Below are positions 29,545 through 38,170 of a DNA stretch of 64,000 nt, in pieces. This DNA is from a virus, in IMG/VR virus record IMGVR_UViG_3300037882_003336, positions 14,667 through 78,666 of that record. The stretch is one strand, 5' to 3'. Positions within the stretch are counted from its first letter, which is position 1; each line of letters starts with the position of its first letter. Under the pieces are notes generated by a model. The model was not told where the DNA came from. It was given only the letters and a program-made list of their open reading frames with translations, and did no database searches. A program made the position numbers and the translations under genes.

Positions 29545-29790
29545 TTATGGCTTCCCGAAGATCTTCCATAACGGTGTGCCCAGATTGTTCGACTCATCTT
29601 CGTCTTTCGCCAAGGCGATAGCGGAACTCACCTGTTCCTGAAGATCCGCTTCCCCGTCGTCCATTTGCACCCGCGTTCCATCGGGTCTGACCGCCTCAAC
29701 GGACGCTGAGTCCTTTTCCACCGATATCACGATGGACCATCCATCCACGAGCACCTCGGCAGCTTTGTTGACGGTCTCTTCCAGTGTCAT
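29545..29790 (-). CDS. Hypothetical protein
   Basis: 81 aa, coupled to the purB stop. Confidence 0.55.
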   Translation of the reverse strand: MTLEETVNKAAEVLVDGWSIVISVEKDSASVEAVRPDGTRVQMDDGEADLQEQVSSAIALAKDEDESNNLGTPLWKIFGKP

Positions 29791-31022
29791 ATGGAGGGAT
29801 TGGCGTTAGAGTGTGAAGCCAGTTTGATGAGGCGAATGAGGTCCGGTGACACCGTGTGCTTTGCGTCGCCCATCTTCTTCAGTGCAATGGCCTTGGCCTT
29901 TGCACGACTCAATGTCGGGTCTTTGACGCGCTCCCCCACCATGAATGCCTGAGCCATCACGGATGCCGGAACCACTGGTGGATGCTGTGTGACGTGAACC
30001 CTTTCCAGGGTGCTGGTGAGAAGGGTGGTCTGGTGGCAAAGCACGTGGAAAAGATCTGGCCACACGACGTTTTCGACGGCACTGTGCGAGATGTCGCGTT
30101 CATTCCACAATTCCACGTTTTCCAAGAGCGAGTTCGTATACCCGCGCACCAAGCGAGCCATCCCGCAAACACGCTCCAGCCCCACTGGGTTTGGGCGAGA
30201 TTCCTTACCGGGCATCGAGCTACTCGTGGAGGTACCGGCGTTGCGGTGCCCAGCCGAATATACCAATTCCTCGACACCATCTTGAAGCAAGAGGCGAATA
30301 TCGAGTGCGATCCGCGCCAAAACTCCAGAATACACGGCGAGCATCTGTGCAAATGCTGCGTAAAAGTGGCGGGGGACGCACTGAGTGGATGGGTTGACGA
30401 TGAACAGACTTTCCTCAATGTTCGGGCAGGATGTGGTAGAGAGCGGAGACAGACTGAGGCTGTACAGGTCCGGGCGGTAGTAGTAACACCCTACTGAACC
30501 ACCGAACTTCACAGGCATTTGGGTGAGAGTAAACCTTCTCAAGGAGTCTTCGATCTCCCAAAACCAACACTCCAACTTGTGCTTCCATGGGATTGGCTCC
30601 GCGAACCTCCCGTGAGTTCTCGCCATGAGTACGCGACGACTATCCGCGGGGGTGTCCTCTTCCATCACAAGCATGCGACGAATTTGGCCAGTGAGCTTCC
30701 CCGCCAAACCCGACAGTCGGTTCCGGTATTCAACCAGCTGGATTGACAGGGCGGTGTCGGTGACATCGCTGGTCGTGAGGCCAAGGTGGAGGTTCTGAAT
30801 CCCGATGTACGGTTCGATGCACCGCAAGACCGCGTCGAGTTCGTGGCCAGATTCAGCGACAAAGCTATTGAAGTCCGTCCAGCAACAGTGGTTGCGTAGC
30901 AGTTCCTTAGCTTCTCCGTCCGGGTCTTTGGAGCCCGCAAGGAAAAGACTGATCTTAACCCACAAGAAGCGGGTTGATTCCGATACCCACTTGATGTCCT
31001 TATCTTCGTACTTTGGTAGCAT
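29787..31022 (-). CDS. purB: Adenylosuccinate lyase (PurB-like, fumarate lyase superfamily)
   Basis: HLGLTTSDVTDTA, RTHG, GSVG, STQ, SSSMPGK...NP signature loop, LWNERDISHS. Confidence 0.9.
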   Translation of the reverse strand: MLPKYEDKDIKWVSESTRFLWVKISLFLAGSKDPDGEAKELLRNHCCWTDFNSFVAESGHELDAVLRCIEPYIGIQNLHLGLTTSDVTDTALSIQLVEYRNRLSGLAGKLTGQIRRMLVMEEDTPADSRRVLMARTHGRFAEPIPWKHKLECWFWEIEDSLRRFTLTQMPVKFGGSVGCYYYRPDLYSLSLSPLSTTSCPNIEESLFIVNPSTQCVPRHFYAAFAQMLAVYSGVLARIALDIRLLLQDGVEELVYSAGHRNAGTSTSSSMPGKESRPNPVGLERVCGMARLVRGYTNSLLENVELWNERDISHSAVENVVWPDLFHVLCHQTTLLTSTLERVHVTQHPPVVPASVMAQAFMVGERVKDPTLSRAKAKAIALKKMGDAKHTVSPDLIRLIKLASHSNANPSI

Positions 31023-31043
31023 CCAAAGTAAGAACGCCGCCCA

Positions 31044-31478
31044 CTACTCGCGTGGCGTAATACCCCAGAGATTCCACTGACCATCATGGAACCTGAGTTC
31101 AATGATGGATTCATCGGCAGCGGTACCGTCAAAGGTTCGCTGGAAAGCGTCTACGGAAGGCAGGTCTTCACCGTTCGAGTTGTAAACAATGAAGTCGATG
31201 CCGGTCCAGACGCCGGACGCAATGTAAGGCCGGATCGACACCACGTCCCCGGTATTGCGCCCGACTATATCCACCACCAGGGTCCGGTTTCCTGGAGTAC
31301 CGCTGAGTTCCGCCCAGATCGCTGCATTGCCACCTGTTGGGGTCACCTCCACATCAGTGGTGTTCGGCATGGAGACTTCCTGGTATGAGCTACCAGGAGA
31401 CGAACCGGAGGATGGGGTGAACGTCCACGACTGCGGGTTGCGGATGTCGGAGTCGTACGGGAAAGATGGTAAAGACAT
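31044..31478 (-). CDS. Small beta-rich protein, probably virion-associated
   Basis: 144 aa, Ser/Thr/Gly-rich; follows 31488..32822. Confidence 0.55.
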   Translation of the reverse strand: MSLPSFPYDSDIRNPQSWTFTPSSGSSPGSSYQEVSMPNTTDVEVTPTGGNAAIWAELSGTPGNRTLVVDIVGRNTGDVVSIRPYIASGVWTGIDFIVYNSNGEDLPSVDAFQRTFDGTAADESIIELRFHDGQWNLWGITPRE

Positions 31479-31487
31479 CGGTGATAA

Positions 31488-32822
31488 TTAGGGTAGTTTC
31501 CCGGTGAAGTCGCCGGGGGCCAGCGAGTTACAGAGTGTGTAAAGGGCTCGCTCAAACGTCTCTGGATCAGATGGAACACGACCGAAGAAGGCGGCTCGGA
31601 AATACTGACGCGTATAGGCACCAACCGCCCCGTTATCATTGGTCGTGCAGATGTAAAGGTCGAGTTCCGGAAGTGCTCCGGTTGCAACGCCAGCAGTAGC
31701 TAGGACGGTCCTGGAGGCGGTCTGCATGCGCGCCATCTCAATGCCGTCTGTGTTGCTGACAATCGACAGCAAGCCCGTCCGGTCCACCGAGTCCGTGTTG
31801 GAGATAGTGGTGGCACCGACCTGTGCCGAAATAGTCGAGGCACTCGGAAGCGTAAACGCGATGCCATCGGAGTTCAAACGACAGCCCATCACTCGACGGT
31901 TGGCGGTTTCGGTACCAGCCGTCACATACCCGAAGTAGCAATTGTTGAGCAACATGCCAACCTCGGACGGGGTGACATCAATGTCGAAATACCCGGTGGT
32001 GCCTGGGGACCTGAAGGACCGCTCGTTCGACCCGGCGATCCCGAACCCAACCGATCCGAAAAATTCACCTCTGGTGGCGGGTTTGTTGATGTTGAACCCG
32101 CAGTAGATTTTGCTGGCAACCGTGTCGATGGTTCCGGGGCTGGTTTCCATAACCCACGCGGGCAGCATCACGAACGCGTGTGGACCCATCTCGGTGAGGG
32201 ACTGGTCGGCAGCTGTGAAGAACGTGTTCACCATGGCGGTGAAGCCCTCGTCCAGTGTGAGCCCAGCTTCCTCCAATACCGCCCGGTAGGCAAGCGTCCG
32301 GATGTGGAGCGCCGATCCATCTGGCGGAGGGTCACTTGGGTTTGGCGCAACTGCCATCACGTCCAGCCCGAACCATGGGCGCGGGAACATGAACGGAGAG
32401 CGCCTCAAGATCGCTGCCTGCCCCATGTCGCGGATGCGCTCATAAAAGTCTGACACCCAAGCCCTTGTGTATTCCAAATCCGAACCGGAGGTCCAAGTGG
32501 GCGCGGGAACCCGAATCTCCCCGCCCATCGTCATCTTGAAGTACAGCACAGGACCGTTGGAGAACCCGTCCTTTTCCTTGAACTGCATTACCCACCCGTC
32601 TGTGTTCATCCACCCGGCCAACATGCACCGATTGGTCTCACGAGCCCTCGGCATTTTGGTGAGAGCTTCGTTGAACCACCACACAATCGTGCCGTAGTCG
32701 ATGTGGCGGAACCCGCCCGAGTAAGAACCGTTCGAGTCGAACGGCGGCATCCCGTTGCCGGAATGAGCAAGAAACTCGGTTACCCTACCCCAACCGGTGG
32801 ACGCGTCGTATTCAACAGGCAC
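31488..32822 (-). CDS. Putative virion protein with C-terminal lectin/LamG-like region
   Basis: 444 aa; C-terminal beta-rich LDLYIC..NDNG...RAAFFG...LY region resembles tail-fibre lectin domains. Confidence 0.5.
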   Translation of the reverse strand: MPVEYDASTGWGRVTEFLAHSGNGMPPFDSNGSYSGGFRHIDYGTIVWWFNEALTKMPRARETNRCMLAGWMNTDGWVMQFKEKDGFSNGPVLYFKMTMGGEIRVPAPTWTSGSDLEYTRAWVSDFYERIRDMGQAAILRRSPFMFPRPWFGLDVMAVAPNPSDPPPDGSALHIRTLAYRAVLEEAGLTLDEGFTAMVNTFFTAADQSLTEMGPHAFVMLPAWVMETSPGTIDTVASKIYCGFNINKPATRGEFFGSVGFGIAGSNERSFRSPGTTGYFDIDVTPSEVGMLLNNCYFGYVTAGTETANRRVMGCRLNSDGIAFTLPSASTISAQVGATTISNTDSVDRTGLLSIVSNTDGIEMARMQTASRTVLATAGVATGALPELDLYICTTNDNGAVGAYTRQYFRAAFFGRVPSDPETFERALYTLCNSLAPGDFTGKLP

Positions 32823-32830
32823 CCCAAGAC

Positions 32831-34063
32831 CTACTCGTGACTGGCGTTAATGAACATCTTTTTGATCCAGATGGTCTTGATCTGCAGTCGCCCCTGCCCA
32901 TACCGCTGCCTGCGCAGATGCCCGCGCCTCCAGTGCATCCTGACACTTCCACCACTTCCTTCACTATCACTGCCGGAGGACCGATAGTTGCGTCCGATAA
33001 AGTTCGGGCTCCACAGTTCGTCGACACGCTTTTTATGACGCTTAATGCCACCTGCCCTTGAAATGAACGACGGTTCGATGAGTTCCGGGCAGGCGTGCAT
33101 GATAAGGATCAACTGCATCGCAAGGTAGCAAAACCCGGTCTGGTCGGTGATGTTGTTGTGTTTCCTGACCTCCATGCTGCCGAATTGGGTCTTGGGCATG
33201 AAGTGAGAAGCAACGTGGAGGTTGCTGCCCTCGAATGAAATGAACACCATGAACCCGTCGGCTGGAACGTCGTCGAGCACCATTGGGGCCAGCTTTAGTT
33301 CAGTCTCGACATCCAGTCGCTTGATTGCCTCTTCGGTGGCATGCGGGAGTGGGTAGACGTCAGGAGAGACGTGGCGACCCGGCTCGACCCGAATAACGGT
33401 GAGCGCGGTCACGCGAGTCTCCCTACCTCCGCTCATCGCCACGCACTCCGGAGGCATTACGAACATCATCGCTTCGTGTGGCCATGGGGTCTCGGCAATG
33501 TCCTCACCCTTTGGCAGATCGGTAGCGATGGCATCCTTGTAGAACTCACTCGACACGTAAAACACAGGGGTGTCAGTGCGTGCCGCGATCCCGGTAGCGG
33601 CCAGCGTGATCATGCGCATTGCGTGATCCTCGTCATTCTTTGGCAGGTGGTATGCACGCTGCAGGAACATGTGCGCCACCCCACGGATCGAGACAGCAGG
33701 GTTGATGTATCCCCACACGTTCCGGTAATTCCGCGTCAACATCTTCCTAGACACGTGATCGACGATGTCGAGCAACATCCGGTTGGACATCCGGTCCACA
33801 TCCTCATCCTCATGAGTGGTCTCAAGCCCAAGCAGCTTTTTTAGCAGCGTGATAGTGTATTCCTTGCCTTTGAGTTCCGAGACCGCCTTGGTCTGGGCCA
33901 ACTTGAAGATACTGTGGAACAGATGCTTTGGGACCATGGACTTGGCCTTCTCCATGAACTCATCGGGTGTCATCACCTGCCCAGCAGACTCCATGAGCAG
34001 GGAGGATACAGCGTCCACGTACTTGGCGGTGGACATCTGTTGACGGAGAGCGGACTTGGCCAT
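32831..34063 (-). CDS. Hypothetical protein with C-terminal HWRRGH motif
   Basis: VRMHWRRGHLRRQRYGQG...IWIKKMFIN; start MAKSALRQ at 34063. Confidence 0.65.
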   Translation of the reverse strand: MAKSALRQQMSTAKYVDAVSSLLMESAGQVMTPDEFMEKAKSMVPKHLFHSIFKLAQTKAVSELKGKEYTITLLKKLLGLETTHEDEDVDRMSNRMLLDIVDHVSRKMLTRNYRNVWGYINPAVSIRGVAHMFLQRAYHLPKNDEDHAMRMITLAATGIAARTDTPVFYVSSEFYKDAIATDLPKGEDIAETPWPHEAMMFVMPPECVAMSGGRETRVTALTVIRVEPGRHVSPDVYPLPHATEEAIKRLDVETELKLAPMVLDDVPADGFMVFISFEGSNLHVASHFMPKTQFGSMEVRKHNNITDQTGFCYLAMQLILIMHACPELIEPSFISRAGGIKRHKKRVDELWSPNFIGRNYRSSGSDSEGSGGSVRMHWRRGHLRRQRYGQGRLQIKTIWIKKMFINASHE

Positions 34064-34067
34064 GGGA

Positions 34068-34754
34068 TCAGTTCTTGGCGACCAGCTTAGTGGACTTTTT
34101 GGCGGGGATCTTTTTGGCAACCGTCTTTGGCTTGGTCTTAGCCTTGGCGACCGTCTTTGGCTTGGAGGTGGTCTTGACAAGGACGCGGGGGCTGGACGCC
34201 TTGGCGGTAGTCTTTTTCTTCGTCGCCACCGGAGTCTTTTTGGTCACCTTCACCATATCTCCATCGTTGGTCAGTGGCACCGGGTCAGCGGGTTGTGGAA
34301 TCAGACCACCATCTTCAGCACCAAATGGGGATTCGCTGGGGAGCGGCAACTCCAGGGTGTCTTTGGATATCCCATACAGCGGCAAACCGGGCGGCTTGTC
34401 GGGGGTGATGGTGGGGGTAGCGGCGGAAGTGTCGTCCCCACCGTCCTCTTCGGCGTCGCCTTCACCCTTTCCCTCGCTGATGTTTGGCAGCAGCTGCTGT
34501 TCCTCTTCCGTGCTGTTGGCCAGCGGGTTGGCGGGAACCGGTGGGTAGGTGGGCGGCGTGGGTGCAGCGGGGGTACCTGGGGTACCGGGCTTCTGGTCGC
34601 CGAACTTGGCTTCGAATTCGAACAAGCTGCTTTCCCCCTTGCTGCGCATGAAGACGGTCGGGGACCTGCCTTGGATGGTACTTTCGAGGTGGATGATCCA
34701 GACGAACTGGGCAGTGACGATGACGCTCAGGATGGCGATAGTGATGGTTCTCAT
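34068..34754 (-). CDS. Membrane-anchored Pro-rich protein with Lys/Ala/Thr-rich (histone H1-like) tail
   Basis: MRTITIAILSVIVTAQFVWII TM; PGTPGTPAAPTPP; KPKTVAK repeats. Confidence 0.6.
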   Translation of the reverse strand: MRTITIAILSVIVTAQFVWIIHLESTIQGRSPTVFMRSKGESSLFEFEAKFGDQKPGTPGTPAAPTPPTYPPVPANPLANSTEEEQQLLPNISEGKGEGDAEEDGGDDTSAATPTITPDKPPGLPLYGISKDTLELPLPSESPFGAEDGGLIPQPADPVPLTNDGDMVKVTKKTPVATKKKTTAKASSPRVLVKTTSKPKTVAKAKTKPKTVAKKIPAKKSTKLVAKN

Positions 34755-34791
34755 GGTGTTGGCGATGTTGATTGTGGTTAGACTGGGAATG

Positions 34792-35160
34792 TTAAAACGG
34801 CACGTAATCGGTGGCTTCGGTATCCTCGACGATTGAAGCCGCCACCAAAGTAGCACGGCTCGGGAAAATCTCGACGTAGGTGTCGGAATCGTGACCATGC
34901 GTCGCGTAAAACTCTGCCACCCAAACATCAGCGGCGGCGTGATCCTCGACGCGGTGAATCTGAGTCGTGACCTGACCAGCGTAAGCGTCGGTCGAACGGC
35001 AGTAGTAGGAATGCGAAACCGTGATCCGGATCGGACCGCTGCCGGTAGCCTCGACATCGCAGGAAAGCTCGCGAGCCACTTGCTCAGCTTCTGCAAGACA
35101 ATTGCGGAGTTCGACTGAAGATCCATCGTGTGGGAAGCGGAGGATGTTGTTGTTGCGCAT
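34792..35160 (-). CDS. Hypothetical early protein
   Basis: First gene behind promoter P3. Confidence 0.65.
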   Translation of the reverse strand: MRNNNILRFPHDGSSVELRNCLAEAEQVARELSCDVEATGSGPIRITVSHSYYCRSTDAYAGQVTTQIHRVEDHAAADVWVAEFYATHGHDSDTYVEIFPSRATLVAASIVEDTEATDYVPF

Positions 35161-35165
35161 CCCCC

Positions 35166-35194
35166 ATTATACCACACAAGAAAACTCTTGTCAA
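35166..35194 (-). promoter_or_regulatory. Sigma70-type promoter P3 (leaderless)
   Basis: TTGACA-17-TATAAT, extended TG, ATG 5 nt downstream. Confidence 0.9.
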
Positions 35195-35454
35195 GTAGTA
35201 TGGTCCGCGTACCGCCTAAGCAACACAAAAATGGGGTCGTTGCAGGGGGCATCATCCAGACTTCTCAGGTCGTCTAACTGGATGTGACGGCCAAGGCGCT
35301 TTTCAGTGCAGAGCGTGCAGATGATAAGCCTGCGGTTCCCGCCATTGATAGCACTCCACAGGTCCGGCCTGAGAATCGGCCCGAGCCCACAATGGCCACA
35401 GTCCTCGCACTTGTAGTAGCGATCCAGATTCTTCGGTCTCGGTTTTTCGTTCAT
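35191..35454 (-). CDS. Small Zn-binding phage protein
   Basis: CEDC...LW...CTLCTEKRLGR; start MNEKPRPK at 35454. Confidence 0.6.
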   Translation of the reverse strand: MNEKPRPKNLDRYYKCEDCGHCGLGPILRPDLWSAINGGNRRLIICTLCTEKRLGRHIQLDDLRSLDDAPCNDPIFVLLRRYADHTT

Positions 35455-35468
35455 CACTTTGATACGGG

Positions 35469-35613
35469 TCGGGGGTGGCCGACCCCTCCCAGGCTCGACC
35501 ACCCCCGATTCATGAGTCCAACGGCAAGCCCTCCCAGTCCGACCGTTGGAAATTTGAGCGAAGATGGCCAGCCCTCCCAGTCCGACCACCCTCGCGCCAC
35601 CAATTGCGGTGAC
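35469..35613 (-). ncRNA. Candidate structured RNA: three tandem hairpins with CUGGGAGGG loops plus a small fourth hairpin
   Basis: Stems at 35469-35508, 35517-35550 and 35558-35595 differ in sequence yet pair; plus-strand A-C mismatches are G-U pairs on the minus strand. Confidence 0.7.
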
Positions 35614-35661
35614 ATCAAACAAGAAAAACGTGCTTAGCGTGTATTTGGCGACAGCGTAAGC

Positions 35662-36246
35662 TCACATAGCCGCTGCCTCTGGCATTGACGGGAACCCCGG
35701 ATACGCCTTGTCGCGGAACGTCTCTTTCACCATGTCCAACCGACCTTTGAACTCCCGGTCAATGCGGGCGTTTTCGCGGTCAAACGCATCCAGATACAAC
35801 AGTTCCTCTTCCGCCCAAGCAGTGCGAACCGACTTTTCATCCTGTTCCGGGTGTCGTAGGATAAGCGCACGCCCAATCCCAGTGAACTTCCAATCAACCA
35901 TCACACCCCGCCTACGAAGCTTATCCACCACTTGGTTGGTACCGCTCTTCCCAAGCAGGCTCGCCAACACCGGAACACCGTGCTTGAAAATAAACGGATC
36001 ACACTTACCGAACTCTTCGCCCAGTGTGCATTCGCCACGAGCGTCGTAGGAATCACCTACTGACTTTGGCACCACCGTGAGAACCGGTGGTGCCACTATC
36101 ACGGGTCCAAGTTCGTCATCCTCCAATACCAGTTCCTCAGTATCGTCAACCAATTCTTCCTCCACCTCTTCTGGTTCAATCTCACGAAGCCCAGCGTACT
36201 GATCTTCGTGAGCCTCGTCTGCAAATGGGTCGTAGTCGATCCGCAT
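35662..36246 (-). CDS. Hypothetical protein with acidic N-terminus
   Basis: Start MRIDYDPF at 36246. Confidence 0.6.
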   Translation of the reverse strand: MRIDYDPFADEAHEDQYAGLREIEPEEVEEELVDDTEELVLEDDELGPVIVAPPVLTVVPKSVGDSYDARGECTLGEEFGKCDPFIFKHGVPVLASLLGKSGTNQVVDKLRRRGVMVDWKFTGIGRALILRHPEQDEKSVRTAWAEEELLYLDAFDRENARIDREFKGRLDMVKETFRDKAYPGFPSMPEAAAM

Positions 36247-36247
36247 A

Positions 36248-36475
36248 TCAGGTCTGGATGGTGGTAATAAAGTCGAACGCATCTTCCATGGTCTCAAACG
36301 GCTCTTCCCTCACTGCAGCCTGTTCGTGTTCTGCTCCCCGGTACACCATCCAACCTCTGGGTTCCAGGACAGCGGCGGCAATGAAGTTGCTGGCTGCTGA
36401 CAAGCCGTAGTAGGTGAGGTAGCGTGCGGGCACGCGGCGAAAGTACATAGCGTCTTCTGGAATGTTCTCAACCAT
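36248..36475 (-). CDS. Small hypothetical protein
   Basis: MVENIPED..., between purZ and the next gene. Confidence 0.5.
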   Translation of the reverse strand: MVENIPEDAMYFRRVPARYLTYYGLSAASNFIAAAVLEPRGWMVYRGAEHEQAAVREEPFETMEDAFDFITTIQT

Positions 36476-36479
36476 TTCG

Positions 36480-37748
36480 TTATAGGGTGGAAGCGTGGTC
36501 TGTCTCGGGAGACCAGTTGAAGAGCACGTGCTCTTCACCACAGTAAACGTCCGAATCGGCCATGAACTTAGTAAGGCTTTTTCCGTGCTCGTGTGCTGCT
36601 TTTGGGTCTCCGTTCAGGTAGTTGAGGAACGTTAGGAACATAAATACACCACCCGGTGCGTTGTTCAGTCTCACGAAATCCCGCCATGCGATTTCGCTCA
36701 TGGTCGCGATGCGGCGTGGGAGCTTGGTGAGAGTTGTGATTTCGCTCGGCACGTCCCAGCCAGCGTAAGACCGGATTTCGTCCCATGTGAGTTCGGTCTG
36801 GTCAGTTTCCCAACCCCCGCTAGACCCTTCGACCACTTGGATTTCGTCGCCTCTACCGTCGGCGCGGAGTGCGTCGATTTCGACTTGGGTCAGAAACGCC
36901 CCGTTGTGGAGGTATCGGTTGCTGGCAATGCGAATTGGGAAGGTCCGGTTGACGCCAACGACCGAATTGAGCAACGCGGGGGCCACACAGGTCTCGCTGA
37001 GGAATGAAGCCACCGAAGTGGACCGGCTCGTGCAGTACGGGTAGTGCGGGCCGTAATTGGAAAGCTGAAAGCCCTGTGACCCGTCGAGCAGCGCCCCGTT
37101 GTAACAATTGGCGATGGTTTCGTTGATGTCACCGCGTGGCTGCGCGTACTCCCACACCGCATTCACATCACGAGCCATGGTGGCCCTCCGAAGCGCACGT
37201 TTGGCGCGGGCGGCTCCGGAGCCGGACCCGGTGGTGCCAGTGCGAGACAATGCCAAGTCCCGGTCAGCGATGGGCTTTCCGTTGAAGTCGTGGGTTCCGT
37301 TCTCCAATCCTTCGTCCTCTGGCGTGACGATCGCGGCCAGAGGGTGAATGAAAAGGTGGGTGCGGGGAACTTCCAGCATTTCCACTTCTTTCTTCAGGTC
37401 TTCCGGCTTGAACGCCGCGCCCGGTCCAATGAAGATGTAGGGGCGATAGTCCTGATAGCCCCAATAAAACGCACCGGCTGGAAGCACCTTCACCACCCCG
37501 CTTCGGCTCACCGAAGAATCGGTAACGGTGTGGCTAGAATTCCGCGAGTTGGCGGTCAATAGCACCCCCGGTCGCCCAATCTTGGCGAGCAAGGCGCTTG
37601 CACACCCCTTGGCCTCAGAACCGGTCTGAGCACCCATGACCACTGAAACCCGGTTCGGCTTGAAGATGTTCTTGACGAGCCCATCTCGCTCAAAGAGCCT
37701 CTGGTTGTCATTGAAGTGTCTGGACCAAGCTTTGGGATCGTACGTCAT
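36480..37748 (-). CDS. purZ: PurA homolog with PurZ (2-amino-deoxyadenylosuccinate synthetase) signatures
   Basis: GAQTGSEAKG (Ser at the PurA catalytic Asp13 position), NSSHT, GTTGSG, DGSQG..YPYCTSR, RTFPIR, TTLTKLPRR, FLTFLNY in place of TKLD. Confidence 0.8.
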   Translation of the reverse strand: MTYDPKAWSRHFNDNQRLFERDGLVKNIFKPNRVSVVMGAQTGSEAKGCASALLAKIGRPGVLLTANSRNSSHTVTDSSVSRSGVVKVLPAGAFYWGYQDYRPYIFIGPGAAFKPEDLKKEVEMLEVPRTHLFIHPLAAIVTPEDEGLENGTHDFNGKPIADRDLALSRTGTTGSGSGAARAKRALRRATMARDVNAVWEYAQPRGDINETIANCYNGALLDGSQGFQLSNYGPHYPYCTSRSTSVASFLSETCVAPALLNSVVGVNRTFPIRIASNRYLHNGAFLTQVEIDALRADGRGDEIQVVEGSSGGWETDQTELTWDEIRSYAGWDVPSEITTLTKLPRRIATMSEIAWRDFVRLNNAPGGVFMFLTFLNYLNGDPKAAHEHGKSLTKFMADSDVYCGEEHVLFNWSPETDHASTL

Positions 37749-37770
37749 AAAGTGTAGCAGAAAACGGTGT

Positions 37771-37962
37771 TTACTCGCGGGTCTTCCGATTGAAGAACTG
37801 GTAGATGCGCTCACGCAGTGAACCCAGCAGAGACAGGGTCGCGGTAGGTGCCCATGTTGGGCATTTTGGATGAGCCGACAAGCCCATGTCGCACTGGTAT
37901 GCGCCATAGGCGAAGTTGGCAGAGTAACGGCAGGTGTTGCAGGACCGTGGAAGATGTTTCAC
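37771..37962 (-). CDS. Small Cys-rich hypothetical protein
   Basis: CNTCRY...C...CPTW. Confidence 0.45.
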   Translation of the reverse strand: MKHLPRSCNTCRYSANFAYGAYQCDMGLSAHPKCPTWAPTATLSLLGSLRERIYQFFNRKTRE

Positions 37963-37978
37963 GCCAGCCTAGAAAACC

Positions 37979-38170
37979 CTAATATGGCATCTCGTTCCAA
38001 GTACCGGGCTCTGGCAGTCCCAAACGGGAGGAAGTCTTCACCCAGGTCTGATCCCTGGGGTTGTAAGTCTGATCCTCGCGGAAGAGTGGCTCACCGTTTT
38101 CGAATCCAGCGGCTTTGGAACCACGGTGGATGCGGCGACCGAGTGCTGACCATTGGGCGAAGGTTTTCAT
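37979..38170 (-). CDS. Small hypothetical protein
   Basis: MKTFAQWSALGRRIHRGSKA; coupled to the upstream stop. Confidence 0.55.
   Translation of the reverse strand: MKTFAQWSALGRRIHRGSKAAGFENGEPLFREDQTYNPRDQTWVKTSSRLGLPEPGTWNEMPY

Noticed and set aside
34068-35255. 395-aa version of the ORF (and similar 5' extensions at 14920..15909, 36480..37907, 43888..44856, 52937..53734)
   Set aside because: The extensions overlap other genes or promoters. Downstream ATGs give coherent N-termini such as signal peptides or paralog-aligned starts.
35469-35595. Mini-CRISPR array (three ~17-nt repeats at ~44-nt spacing)
   Set aside because: The repeats are too short, the apparent spacers form the pairing stems around each repeat, and no cas genes are present. 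A structured RNA explains it better.
36480-37748. Ordinary purA auxiliary gene
   Set aside because: The catalytic Asp is replaced by Ser and the GTP-binding TKLD motif is absent.
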